From Dicyema japonicum (lineage: Eukaryota; Animalia; Dicyemida), in NCBI GenBank assembly GCA_011109175.1, contig RDEW01000033.1, positions 496,001-560,000 on the forward strand: 64,000 nucleotides of DNA, given 5' to 3'. Shown in pieces: positions 39,173-52,250 of the stretch. Position numbers and translations under genes: made by a program. The first letter of the stretch is position 1, and every line of letters starts with the position of its first letter. A model generated the notes under the pieces. The model saw only the letters and a program-made list of their open reading frames with translations. It had not been told where the DNA came from and made no database searches.

Positions 39173-39530
39173 ATGGTTGAGTTTTTAAGATATTAATTTT
39201 TAGACTAAGGGAACACATAGCTTCGGAAAACGGCATGTGAAGACTCATTCTCTTTGTCGGAGATGCGGAAACCGTGCCTTCCACAACCAGAAGAAACGAT
39301 GTGCGAGTTGTGCTTACCCAAGCCCGAGACTTCGTGGCTGTAATCTCATTGTCTGATCTAAGATAACTGGTGCAAGAAGGCAAAGAATCGCCGAGCTCCA
39401 GGGACAGGGCGAACTCGACATCTCAGAGATGTTAATAGACGTTTTCGGTTGTTGTATGTCATTTATCTGCAGTAATGGCTTCAGGGAAGGAAAAAAGGTT
39501 GCTTCAAAGCCTGTTCCCACTGCTTCTTAA
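39173..39530 (+). CDS. RPL37: 60S ribosomal protein L37; introns 39176-39203, 39340-39362, 39448-39472
   Basis: [52 protein letters not shown]; intact after splicing. Confidence 0.97.
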
Positions 39531-39799
39531 TTGTCCAGACTTGATTTAAATTTTTGATTTCTTTTATTATTCTTATATTTGGTGATACTTAGTGCTGGCT
39601 ATCTCGCTCACCATCATGAGGGGGAATAACTGCTCATTCAGGATGTCATTGTAGTAACCCCCGGTTAAAGTTTCTTTTAAATAAGTTTAATTTACACAAC
39701 TCCAGGAAATACTTAGGGAGAAATCAATAGTAACTGAACTGCTTCTCAGCGGTGTATGCACTTGTGCATACTTAGCAAGTCGATGGGGGACGGATGTCT

Positions 39800-40400
39800 G
39801 AGGAGGACCATTTTTTGTGACACGAACGAACATGAAAGATTACGACTAAATTTCTTCCAAGCGTTGTTTCACAGGGAGCCACTTTGTCGCCCATTCTGTT
39901 CAACCTCTTTCTGAGTGATATCCCATACCAGCGATGACACTCTGGTTCTCGTTTATGCCGACGATATAATTGTTGCAGCAAAGATCAGTGTGTTCACAAC
40001 TAGTACCCGCTTTAGTGGACAGCAGTTCGCTTATGAAGAACCTACTATACTCAAGCCCTGAAGAGTCTTGCACAATAATTTTCACTTCAAGTAGAAAACA
40101 ATCAACTCTGCTCCTTTTTTGATTCTTAGTAAAGTTTTAATCCGCTCCACCAATTCTATCAAGGTATCACATACAGCCCTCTCATGAGATTCAGTAAACA
40201 TGTTAACAACGTCATATATTCGTCCCAATGAAAACTAAACTTTTGTAAAAACACTTCTTGATATTACAAAAGCTGTTTCTACCCAACGTTAAACTCAGTC
40301 AATCTATAATCATCTATGACTGTGCTACATGGTGGACAAACATGTCAGAGTGTGAAATCCTTTAGACAAGATCCGGTCGGGAATATGTAGATGTTCAATG
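39800..40400 (+). mobile_element. LINE RT fragment
   Basis: VSQGATLSPILFNLFLSDIP and YADDII. Confidence 0.7.
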
Positions 40401-40587
40401 TTTTTCGATATTGAGATTCCATTACATTCCACGAGGGATGCGAGATTTTCGTAACTAGGGTCTTCGTGTAACAGATCTCCTTTTTGTTAAGAATAATGAT
40501 TTTTTTCCAGGACCTAAAAGTCGATCTCTTGGTGTAGCAAGAAAATGTAGGAGTGAGGAAGAATGATAGCTTAGTCTTTTTTAGGAT

Positions 40588-40895
40588 TTATTTATTTGAT
40601 AACCCAGCACCGAAAAGAGGTTAAGAGTTAGTTAATGTCAGTTCACAAGGAATAAGACGTTTCCTTTTCGGACAACAAATCCGCCCATATTGTGGGAATC
40701 CCTTCTGTGGAGTAGAGAAACGATGGATCCTTTTGGATACTGGCCAAACACTAGGCGTTTTCTTAGTCAGGTAATCCAATGAGGCTCTATGATATGAAGA
40801 AGGGATAGAACAGTAAGAAATCGTTCGATCAGGTAGATAGCGTTGCGGGAATCGAACCCACGAGTGAAAGCACTAACTACGGATAATAAGAATTT
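40588..40895 (-). repeat. SINE-superfamily copy with clear B box
   Basis: GGGTTCGATTCCC, aaaaggatcc..ctccacagaagggattcccacaa core, gggttatcaaataaataaa tail. Confidence 0.75.
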
Positions 40896-41139
40896 TTAAA
40901 TCCAAGACCATTGTTAGAACACAGAACTAACTAAGTGATCTCTGCATGTTCGACAGTCTCCTTAGCTTCGCACTGAGATCCTCACTCGAACACACACGAG
41001 CACGTAAAAATGTTATGTTTCCATAGTAGATTTTGGCTTAAATTTAGGTGAATATTTATCTAAATTATCCAAAAATATTTAATAAAATTATTTTAATTTA
41101 AAAAATAATAATTAACTTTTAGAACTCACGTGACTACTA

Positions 41140-41342
41140 ATGGCACTTGTAATTAAAAGAGCCGGTCCACTGGTTTCCTTGCTAAAGAAGGTTTTTTATT
41201 GGGGACTTATTCCATTCATAATATACATGGGTAATGCTCATGTATGATTATTTAGGGTACATGAAAGGACCCGATGAGGGAATGCCTTCTTTTAATCTAC
41301 TAAGGTACTATTTTTAGTCACTATAGTATTCTGTGGGGGTAA
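41140..41342 (+). CDS. TOMM7: Mitochondrial import receptor subunit TOM7; introns 41231-41255 and 41305-41326
   Basis: Spliced MALVIKRAGPLVSLLKKVFYWGLIPFIIYMGYMKGPDEGMPSFNLLSILWG*. Not in the ORF track. Confidence 0.93.
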
Positions 41343-41599
41343 CTTCTTTACTGACATCATTTTTCTTTATTTTGGGTTATCTTAATAAATTGTTGCGACC
41401 ACCTTGATTTCTTTAATTAAAACAGTAAATACGAGAGCAGGACAGTCCTTCTGTAGTTTTCTGGGTCCTCCTCGCGGCTTAGACTCTCTAAAAAAGTCCC
41501 ATTCATCTTTCTCATTACTCTCGTACTCGAATGTTCGAGTTGGAGATCGAGGATTTCTTCACAAAGCTTGCATTACTCTTCTCGACGATTTCCACAATT

Positions 41600-42700
41600 C
41601 CGTTATCTTCCTTGCTCAATACGTTCTGCGATGATGATATCCCTTTTCGAAGAGTAAAACCAACCCTTCCGTACATATGTTAAGGAGACGATGATCACTC
41701 GTGCGAAAACTAAAAATATCACCTCCCCCAGTCTTAGCCTTTTCATATATACCAGTGCCCATGAGGCCTTCTTACTAACTGTGGTTTCATCTAACTGGTC
41801 CTATTTGTCTCAATAAGAATTCCTATGTAACGAAGTGCGTCCATTAATTCTATATCAGTCGATATCTTCTGGAATTGGAAACATAAATGGTCCTTTCGTC
41901 AGAGATTAAGATGGGACGTTCACGAAAATTTACTTTTCGGATATTTTCTTTTGATTTGGAAATATAAAAATGCTTCGTCTACGTAAATCAACGTCCTCGT
42001 GTCTGGATGTCTTGTTATAGGGAAGTTTGCCATCATAATGTTTAATTGCAAAGGGCTGAGGATCGATCTCTGAGAGACTCTTGGAGAATCCATCATCTAT
42101 TTATCCAACCTGTGGAACTCCGGTATGAGATAAGTGTCCCCATATTACATTCTTGACACGTCTAGCTTGAGACTCATGATGCTCTTAAATCCCTCGTCTT
42201 GACTATTTTCAAGTTTATGAGGCCGGAAACTGATCAGTTGATATCTCAGGAAACCAGTATCTTCAGTTAGGTTCGAGATCTTAAGAATTATCCATTCCAT
42301 CGCTTTTGACAAGAGATAGGTCAGCGGATTTTTTAAATTTCCAGGTTTCCGTACTACACTGTTCTTCTAGAGACTGGAACATGCAATAAGGACTCGGAGC
42401 TTCCCTTGAACATTTTCATTCTTATGTGTTCGAAGTCTAGTGACTTGACAAAGATATCCTCTTTTGGAATATTGTTGACACTAATCTCCCGGGAACAAGG
42501 TCGTTACATTACACTCCCATAACTATTTTCAGCTGTGCTTCAAACGAGGAAGTAATCTTATCCGATTCGAGGACAATCTGATTAATATTATTCAGGATTT
42601 TTTATATTTGTGAAGTTTTTCAAATTCAATCACCCACTTTTTGCCTGTTTTTGACTTCAAAAGGCGTCTTGTCCTTTTCTGTAAAATATTTTTCTCTCCT
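41600..42700 (-). mobile_element. Decayed LINE RT
   Basis: LKLDVS, VSQRSILSP, TLIYVD remnants. Confidence 0.55.
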
Positions 42701-43479
42701 CTGGAAGCATAGTTTTTCCATATGCTGAAAACAGTTTCAATTGGATCGTGAAATGGTGAGTAAGGGGGTAAATATGGAACATGGAGGTTTTTTATTTCAT
42801 CGATTTTTTAATGTCCGTATGATGAATCGGGCATTAAAAATCGAATCTCTTTACCAAGATTTTTTAATAATTCCAGAAAAATTAGTCAGTGATGCAATTT
42901 CTGGTTCTGATGGTCCCTACAGGAATATATAAGATCCTGAAACAGCTCTTGGTCGTCTTTGTCTTTAGGGTACTGAAAATCCGACCTCATTATGAGTTTT
43001 AAGATTTCCTTTTATCCAAAAATATTTTTGTCCTCATCCCAATGTTAATGATTAGAAAGTTTCGTTAATGGTAAATTTTTTGTTGTAAAAAATTCCTTAT
43101 CGGGTTTAAAAGGTATTTAGGAATATCCGCCTACACAAGCTGACCAAGAAGAGCTTCGTGCCAAATACTGTCAAATCTCATGATGCATAACAAGTTCAGC
43201 TACCTTCGACTATCAATAAAATTCTGAATTTCCGAATTTAGTTGGTAGAAACAGTATGCACACGATCTTCCAGGACGAAAGCCCCATTTGAACGGGAACG
43301 GAAGCGAGATATTAGTTTCTTCCAACAAATTCGGGCTGAAGAATCAGCAGAACAGAATAGCAGTCAGTTAAATGAATCGAGAACAAATGCAAAACAAGTT
43401 CGTGCTGTAGAGGTTCCAGAAGAGACTCAGCGTCGTTTGTCAAATAATTGAAGCCGACACAGACATTTCAAAATAATCC

Positions 43480-44330
43480 TCGAGATGGCTGAGGCTGATG
43501 TCTCTTGCATAGCTCTGTAATATTCGGCCTTATCCTTGACAGGATAAACGCAGGTCTTTTTCTACATATAGTAAGTTGGTGCGTTTTTTATGCCTTTTAT
43601 TTGTTAATGCAGAAAATCTACTTTCACAGAGATAAGTTGTTGAAAACTAAACCAAAACTCTTACAGCCTTGTTTGCCAGGATAGGATATTCTTTTTTGAC
43701 CAACAGCCAAAACAAATCAATATTACTCTTTAAATATTCCATTTTTAACCTTCTGTCAAACACACTCCAGTTCTTCTTCCTCTTTTAATGATAGCTCGTT
43801 TCTAGTTATTTCGTACTCAGCAAAAGGATTCCTCACCCAATCCTAGAGTTCAACTGATATGGGTGGAAAATAATTATTCGTGCATGTAAATAGTGACTCC
43901 AAAAGGTCTCAATTTGTGGAACAACTTCTTTAAAATTTCTTTCTTGCACATGAGGGAACATTCGCAAAAAAACACAGATTTTTTTATTTGCCGAAACAAA
44001 GAGGTTTCAATGTCATCAGACATATCCTTGATGCGTCCTCTCACATAATTATTACAAATAGGAATTAAGACGAGCTCAATGGCAGCAATTTCTCCGAACA
44101 TTATCTTCACTACTTCTTTGTATGCAGCCAAAATAATAGTTTCGGAGAGAGTATGCGATTTCATATTTTTAGAGGCAATCTCAGCAACAGCATAACTAGC
44201 ATGCTGTGCTTTTTCGTTTATTTTGATTTTTTTGTAAAACGGGGAGCATGAACATTATTCTGGTCCAATTTCCGCATAAAATATTCTTTTTTTTCTTTGA
44301 AAGTTCAGGGTGTTTGGTGGAATGACGTCT
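43480..44330 (-). mobile_element. hAT Buster/Charlie-like transposase remnant, internally deleted
   Basis: ASYAVAE..KSHTLSETII..RIKDMSDDIE and C-terminal YPILA..FSTTYLCES..EKDLR. Confidence 0.75.
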
Positions 44331-46754
44331 AAGTTTCGTTGGAGCCATATCACTATTCGCAAGTTTTTCACCGCAAAAAACACAAAGTGGTAGAGGTCAA
44401 TCCATGTCCCCAGTACATGTGAAATCAAAGGCAATATAACTTTCTCGATACGCTCGAACTTTAAGATATGCACTGTCACAGGACTCCATTTAGACACGCG
44501 CAAATTAAATTAATTCGTTTTGAAAAATTATTCTTTTTTTCAAAACGAATAAAAAAAATTTTGAACTTCGCGGAACCTAAGGGTTGCTCTAGAGTGTCCC
44601 TTTTCGACTAAACTCAACCCTGAGGCTTGCATTAAACAATTTTTGTAGAACAAACAGCAAGGCCTCCGGTTTTTCCTTAAACATCTTCATTCCAATGAAG
44701 TCAAAGCCGATGCGTTGACCTTGCATTTTTTAATTGCCATCTTGATTTGTGACTTTTCCTCAACAGCTCTGAGTCGGTCCAAGGAATATTTAGTAAGTTC
44801 AAGGGAATCCTTTTTTTGATCGCCAGGAATCAAGGTTATGGATCGATGCCTTGGATATTCTCCAGTTGATGCTTAAATATAATATATTCTCCAGGGAACA
44901 TCCTCCAATGAGCATTTCTTGCATCTGCTCTGGGACTAGTGAGTTTCTTTTATTTTTCCAAAAGGATGGGTTTTTGAAGTCCACTTTCGATCCTTCGTCT
45001 CTCCATCTCTGGCCACTATCATCTTCCATTTTTTTTCTGTGGCTATTTTAATCAAATTAACTTTTTATGTGAGTCATTCTATTCTCCCCATCCACACAGC
45101 GTTTTAACTTAAAGCGATTTCTCTCTAGAATTAGACCCATGATTATTAGCGTGGCTGAGCTCTCCATTATCAGATCCACCATGTATTTTAAATCCATTCC
45201 CAAAATTGTACTGAAGTCCTTTAGCTTCGAGATTATCTCTCAGTTCCTGGAAGATTCTCTCAGAGACCATATTTTATATGCCAAACCCGCTCATTAAATT
45301 GAGTGCCGGCTACTCGTCGCCCCTCTCCGTAGGGTTATGCATATCAAGAACAGCTCTTCTCATTGGGCATGGAATCAGCTCATATTTAGAGGCTTTTTTT
45401 AGTTTTTTTGTAGTCAGATTTTAATCAACATAATACTTTCCTAGAAACTACCAGGACAATTAACCAGTTCTCTGCCAAACTACTCGTATTGGATAAGAAG
45501 TAAAAGAAATGTTTCTTTTTAAGCTGGGTTCCGTTGTCCAACGGTGATATCCACTGGGCCCAGCTCTGTTTCACAGAAATGAAGCATTGGTGATACTTGG
45601 ACGATTGCACTAAATTTATCCTTTTGTCCACCTATCATATTTGAGTCCCCCCACTTGTTTTTCTGAAATAAAATCATTCTACTGAAAAAGAAGCACAGTA
45701 GGGCGACCACTGAATCTCCTTCTTTTTTCATATTGTGCAAGATATTTCTGTTCCCCTCAACTTATGGTGTCTGGACGATTGTATCCTTGAAAAAAAACCC
45801 GAGGAACTCCTTTCAAAAGTGATCAATTTTCGAGAATTGTTGCAGGAGTGATTTGAAGTTAACACATGAGTTTGGAGCGGTTAATTTGAGCAATTTTACC
45901 TTCTTAGAGAATTTCGTGGTTCATCAACGGTAAATCAAGTCACCTCGTGGATGGGTTCCTAGATAGAATAGGTCAACATTTTGATTTCTATATTATAATT
46001 AAAAAGCGATTTTGGAAATTAATTCGACGATATGAGTCACGTGGGCAGATCTTCAAGATATAAGAAAATTCTAAGTTTGCAATTGTCAAAGTAGCAACTT
46101 CGAAAACAGCTGAAGAAATAATAAATTTACTAAGAAAGATTTTTACCACTACCGTCCACCTTAATTATACCTAGAGAGGTAGATTTTTATTATAAAAAAT
46201 ATTGAAGCAATCAAGAACTGAATATATTGGGCATCAACCTCTGAAGGCTAATCGTGTCTAATTTTCATCTTTTGCAATATCAGCATACATAAACGACAAG
46301 ACATAACCCATTTTTATTATTTATTCGTTTTAAATACCCATCTGAGACTGATTAAATCATATTCAGTCTTCTACAGACTGCCTTAATAAATATATGTCAG
46401 AAGCCAGTTATCTTGAACGAGATGTAAAGGTCTCTCGAGTTTTTGTAAGTCGGTATAAATTTAGGCTCCTGGAGACGCAACTCTATGTTCTATTGGGGAA
46501 GTGAAAATGGCTAGCAGGCGAAGAGGAGGATTAGATCATGAAGGGAATTAGACCAGCGGAACTACTCATCGATCAGCCTGTGGTTTATTTGCAACTAAAG
46601 AAATTGAATAATAAAAGACTTTTAAAATTGCTAGTAGAACTGCGAGGAATAGTTCCTTGTTTATTAGGAAGTAAATAGAATATTTCAAAAAACCAATATA
46701 TTGCGGGAGGAAGGAAGTAAAAAGTAACTATAAAATTGAATTTACGGTAAAAAA

Positions 46755-47057
46755 TTGATGAGCGATTTTTGTAGAGACGATAACAGTCAAAATGGAGAAT
46801 ATGACTCTATGGACGAATATATGTACATTGAAGAGGAGCTTAAAAGAAAGAAGATCCTTCTAATGATCCATGAAATGTATTGCGAGTCAACGAGAATACA
46901 AGAAAAATGCAAAAAAGTCTTATCATTGCTTTCCCTGCGGACGATTCTTTTGAGAGAGAAATTTCTCGAAACGATGAATTCGAAGAAAGAACTGACTAAT
47001 TTTATGCATCAATTCTTGGTTCTAATAAAGTTCCTCTTAAAATTATATTTCGATTAG
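46755..47057 (+). CDS. Hypothetical coiled-coil protein
   Basis: 100-aa ORF with ATG just after an AT-rich tract and an AT-rich 3' flank; no recognisable family. Confidence 0.25.
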   Translation: MMSDFCRDDNSQNGEYDSMDEYMYIEEELKRKKILLMIHEMYCESTRIQEKCKKVLSLLSLRTILLREKFLETMNSKKELTNFMHQFLVLIKFLLKLYFD

Positions 47058-47879
47058 TTTTTAATAAAATTTAGTTTTAGTGATCTGGGCCGATAAAAAG
47101 GAACTCGTCTTTTCTCAGGAACCTGAGACGTCTGGTTACAGTTAGAAGACGTCCGCAAAACTAAGAGGCTCCCCCAGTTGATCTCTCTATGCTATCGTGA
47201 AAAGCAACTCCTCATTGAACTGAGACTTCGAAAGGTTATGTAAGATCTCAGTCATGAAGAAGTAACTCGAATAGGCAGGAACAAAATATACTCATTTCAT
47301 TGGGGGTCACTAAATATCTACCGCGATACAAGAAAATTGGAGTACAAAAAAGTTCATTGTAGCAAGGAAAATAGAGAACCAGTCTGTGACTGTGGATCAT
47401 GCGATGTGCCTTAGATTTCGCAGTCCTGAACATTCTACCGTGGAACTATGTAATATTTATTAAAAGTATCTCAATTTGTTCCCCAACTTTTCAAAAAAAT
47501 TGTTCGACCCCAGAGCAAGTGGAAGATTCTAAGAATTGTTCAACTCCAGTGAGAAAAAATTAATAGGTTTGAGCTAAAAGGACTTTAAATCCTCCACTGT
47601 GACTAGTTGGGTTCAAGTACTATCCATAAATAGTCAATATTTTATGGAATAATCGAGTTGTAAAATTCCAAGGGGAAACATGAACTGTGGGAATTGCACT
47701 CACAGACGTTGGGCTCTAGGTCATGAGAGTGACTCTCATTGAGTGTTCAGTGCATGCAGACCATAATGGAGACCTTTGTCTTTTTCGTGCCGCATTTGTA
47801 TGATCCTCGATACTAGTCTCTCCCTCTTTCATATTCGATGCCAGACTACGAGACTATTGAGGTCTTCACCGTCCCTTAC

Positions 47880-48330
47880 TGCCTGTTTACTAGTCTCACA
47901 TCACAATTAAAAAGTTTTATGGTTTGTTACTCAAACCTCCAGTTTTCTTTACTGGTGGTTCCATCCGCTTGATCTCGACGGTATCGTCGTAAAGGATCTC
48001 CTTCCCAATTTCGAACCATGCTTTTCCCGGTGTAGATCCGTTCCTATACTTCTGCTGTGTCTGATACACATTCTTGATATTCTATTTGCAGTCTTACTGA
48101 CGAGTCCAAGAGTTCAGTCATATACCTCCTTCTTGATCTCATGGAATGCCCACCATATTGTGTCTGGATGAAGCATCTCCTGTCAAATTCGCACGGAGAA
48201 TCTCATAGCCATCTTCCGCAGTTAGACCAGATTTTAGATTTGCAGACACAATTATGTGGTCACTGTCAACAATGAGTTCTCCATAAGAGCTCGAGTCGCG
48301 TAATAGAGATTTGTCTTTTATTCTACAGAC
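47880..48330 (-). mobile_element. RTE endonuclease fragment
   Basis: SLLRDSSSYGELIVDSDHIIV resembles HLLVDSRSYGGLETNSDHKIV of the long RTE. Confidence 0.55.
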
Positions 48331-48476
48331 AATATAATCGATTATAAATCTTTATCGGATTTTCGGTGGTCGAAAATTAAGTCAACGTTCATGCGCGGGC
48401 ACGAGGGAAGAACACCGGGCAATGCTGAGGTCGCTGTTGCATCGCCATCACGTGATAATTAGTTCGGTCTTGGGTT

Positions 48477-48809
48477 ATTATTATTAGCATTTTCACGAGA
48501 GATATAATATTTATAGCACGGCATGTGCATCAAAAAATGTAAGAGAATTAGTTAGCCTGCTCCAAGCTCTTCTGTTCTTAGCTATGTCCCTCAGTGTGTC
48601 CAGATCGTCACCAGATGCCAATGTTTACTTCACGGCTTTCAGATCGTTTTGAAAACGACTGGGAGAGTTGTTCTCGGTCTTCCACGAAAGCGTTTACATT
48701 GGAGGAAGAGTAGTAATCTTCCATTGCGATATTCGGGGGAGGGGATATCGGGTCCAACCTCAGGACGTGTCCAAATAGTCTCCAACAAGAGCTAATGATC
48801 TCGAGACTT
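48477..48809 (-). mobile_element. 5'-truncated RTE 3' end with 11-bp TSD
   Basis: ggtcttgggtt at 48466-48476 and 48810-48820; (TAA)n tail; colinear with 19195-19430. Confidence 0.75.
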
Positions 48810-49254
48810 GGTCTTGGGTTGTTAAATAAAATAAATTAAAAAGTTCAAATAAACACATCTGCCATCCTTTAACCCCTTGATAGGGGATTATCAATTTTTT
48901 TAAATCTTCATATTCAACTGTTCTGAGTATTTTATATCTAAGATATTTATGAAAATTATTATAAGACTTTGTTAGAGATAAATATGCGACAAGTTATCGT
49001 GTTTGTTGGAGTAACTAGGGACACGCTAAATAATTGTTGGAATAAAAAATGGACGAATTTAGAAATAATGTTTCTGAAATTTGTCCAAGCATTCAATCTG
49101 AACTTTAAGAGACTCACATTTCAAGTTTAATAGACATCAAATTTAGTGGAATTGAACTTAGCACACAATTATATGATAGGGGTGATGAAATTAAAAATCA
49201 TATCTTTAAAGATACAATAAATATAATGAATAATCTTGAAAATTAATTACTTTT

Positions 49255-52250
49255 TTTTCTTTTTTTAAGCACTCCCGGGAAATCAAAAATTAATTAGATT
49301 AATTAAGTTCCCCTTGTCCCACGTCCAGTATCCTCCCACACATCCTCTTCCATGTTCCCCTGTTCCGGGCCATTGCTCGTAGTGAGTCAAGATCTTCACC
49401 ATTTCGTAGAGTTTTGTTTATTCGGATTAGGTCATCATTTAGTACTGAAGGCAACGTCACTCTAGGCCTGCCACGGAATGATCCCTTCAGTTGTGCAAAA
49501 TAGTTCTCCATTGCAATGTTTGGTGGAGTCAACATATCCATTCGTAAGATGTGACCAAAAAGTCTCCACCTAGCCTTGAGAATCTCCTCTGATAATGGCC
49601 TTAAGCCACATCTTTTGTACAGTTCTGAATTTGATATCTTTTTCGGGAAATGTATTCTCAAGATGTTTCTTAGTTGATTTCTATGAAATTGATCCAGATT
49701 GTCCATTTCCCGTTTCGTAATCCCCCATGTCCCACAGTTGTATGTCAGGACTGGAACCACGAATGTTTTATACAATTTTAGCTTTGTATTCGTAGTTATG
49801 CTCTTCTTAGAACGCCAGATAGTTAAGAATTTTTTATATGCAGCAGTGGAAAGGATTTTTCTGTGGGTAACATCTTCTGAGTCTCCAAGTAGTGAACCAA
49901 CTTTTTTATGCCTTCTCCATGATTCATCGTAAGTGCGTACAACTCGTACAAGTTTTGTATATTCAGTTTTGTCTTGGTTGACAACTAAGAACCATTTAGA
50001 AAAGGCATTTGGTAAGTTCTTGAGAACGTGATGAAGAATTTCAACATCTTCAGAAACAAAGTCAAGATCGTCTGCATATATTAACTCGATTATTTTGTTG
50101 TTCTCAATTAAAGGCCTGAAATCTCTCAGTGCAGCCTCCAGGTAGATTATGAATAGAACTGGTGACAAAGAGTCTCCTTGCGGAATTCCACGTGAAGTAT
50201 AAAAGAATTCTGAAGTAGTTTTTCCGAGTTTGGTTGCTAGTTGCGTATTCTGCAGTAGTTTTTGTATAATTTTGACATCATCCGTTGTTAGGAAGCTTGT
50301 GAGTACTTCAAGAAGTTTGCCTCTATGAACCGAGTCAAACGCTCTGGACATGTCTATTCCGAGAACATCTATGCACTTTTTATATTTTTGGCATAGAGCA
50401 CTTGACCATCTGTGTGTCCAAATGACATCGGCAGTGGATCTGCCTGACCGGAAACCACTTTGTCCTGGTGACAGAAAATACTCCACCTTGTCTTTGATTC
50501 TTTCCAATGTAATGATTGACAAGATTTTTCGCAGCGTAGTTAGTAGGATGATTGGTCTTAGGTTGGAAAGGGGCCCTTTGGGTTTTCCCGGTTTTTGCAG
50601 TGGAATTAACCAACCCTTGCCAATGTCTAACGTAGTGTTTTCTTCAAATATTTTGTTGAGTATATTGGTAATGATTGTTACCAACTTCACTGGGGCATAC
50701 TTTATAAGTTCGGCTGGGATATTCTCTGGTCCTGCCGATCTGTCATTTTTCAATTTTTTAATTGCATCCAGTGTTTCTTGTGTGTTTATTGGGATGTCCA
50801 AACCATGCTTGACTTGTGCACCAAATTTATAGCCTATTTCGTTGTCCCAGTTGAGCATATGATAGTAATAAGCAGATATAGTAGCTGCTTTGTCCTTTTC
50901 ATCGATAATTATTCTGCCAAGGATGTCATTGATTATTATGGGGCTTGCACTCTTTTTCTTATTAATTAATTGAATAGCTTTGAACATTTTCACTCCATCT
51001 TTATATTTTTCAATGTCTTCAATTTGTTTTTCTATTTCTTTAGCCGTTAGGGATTTCTGAGTTTGCTTGATTTTTAATAATGTTCGGTTTCGTTGTTGCC
51101 GAAGTTCCTTGGCCTTTTCTGGAGACCTTGAGTTTTCTATCTTCAATCTCAAGGCTTTCTGGTTTTCTGATAGGACGCAAATATCATGATTGTAAAATTT
51201 ACGGGTTTTGTAATACTTCCCAACACATCACATGCTGTACCTTTTATCGACTTTGTCCCAAATAATATGAACAGGTTTAGTTTCGTCGATATCATTAAGT
51301 TCAAGATTTAGTTGATACGCATATTTCTGTTGAGTTGACTTGTCATGTAATAATTGGATATCATATTGCTCCTGCTTTTTATTGGAAGGTGTTTTCATTT
51401 GGTTATGGACTTTGTATAGTCCAATGCGAGTAACCACAATTTTATGATCACTATTTGTCTCTAATCCTCCATATGACCTGGAGTCTACGAGGAGATGTTT
51501 GTGACCTCGTCTGCATAGTATGTAGTCAATTTGATTATATATTTTTATGTAATTTCCTTGCAAATCCTTCCTAGTTCCAGTCCACGTCGTCTTGTGTCTC
51601 GCTGGGTGACGGAATGCCGTATTGCACAAAAACAGATCCAAGGAAGTGCAAAAGTGGATTAATGCCATTCCGGGTGTGTTTCGCCGATTTCTTACATGAG
51701 ATCCGATACAAGTTTCTCCAGATCTGGCTTTTCCTGCTTTGGCATTCCAGTCCCCGGCAATTAAGCAAAAATATGAAGAACTGAGAGTGTTGTAAACCCT
51801 TATGAAGGCGGAGTAGAATTCGTCTAGTTCTTCTGGATTGGCAGATGCCCTGATTCCAGTAGGGCGTATATGTTGATGATTGTCACTGTAGAGTTTGGTT
51901 TGCTTCCCCACCGGATTTGCAGTAGCGCAATCCTGTCTGTAACGACCCACATCCGAGATATACGACTATACAATGTGTGATGAATAGCAAATCCAAGTCC
52001 ATAGTGACGACACGTCGTTGGAAGGGTAACCAAATGATAATTTCCCACCCGCATGCATGTGTTGTCAGTTATTTTTGTTTCCTGTAGGCAGCATACTGAT
52101 ACCTTATAGTGATCCAAATCACGTGGCAGCTGAAGCTTCTTGTATGTTGGATTGAGTCCTCTTACATTCAGGGTACCCACAGAAAAAGGGCAGTTAGATA
52201 TTAGACGTGAGAAAGACATATGTGCTATAGAGGGACGTCACCACCTCAAC
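49255..52250 (-). mobile_element. Near-intact single-ORF RTE-clade LINE (APE endonuclease + RT)
   Basis: GTLNVRG, CLQETK, GDWNAK, NQIDYI, SDH, LRPIILL, QSGFR, DMSRAFD, GIPQGDSLSP, YADD, RWRLFGHILRM. One frameshift near 51865 and one stop at 51228-51230; A-rich tail. Confidence 0.93.

Noticed and set aside
23807-40895. True tRNA genes at the SINE heads
   Set aside because: A/B boxes are present, but no complete acceptor or anticodon stems are seen and each runs into the SINE core.
39154-41132. CACGTG E-box next to the starts of RPL37, TOMM7 and ADAT2 as a promoter motif
   Set aside because: I counted over 25 CACGTG sites by eye, many inside exons, introns and transposons, and several genes lack it. 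Not convincing without a statistical test.
19130-50969. Long track ORFs such as 19130-19648(+), 26602-27039(-), 50350-50832(+) and 1396-1872(-)
   Set aside because: Antisense or alternate-frame shadows of recognised genes and elements.
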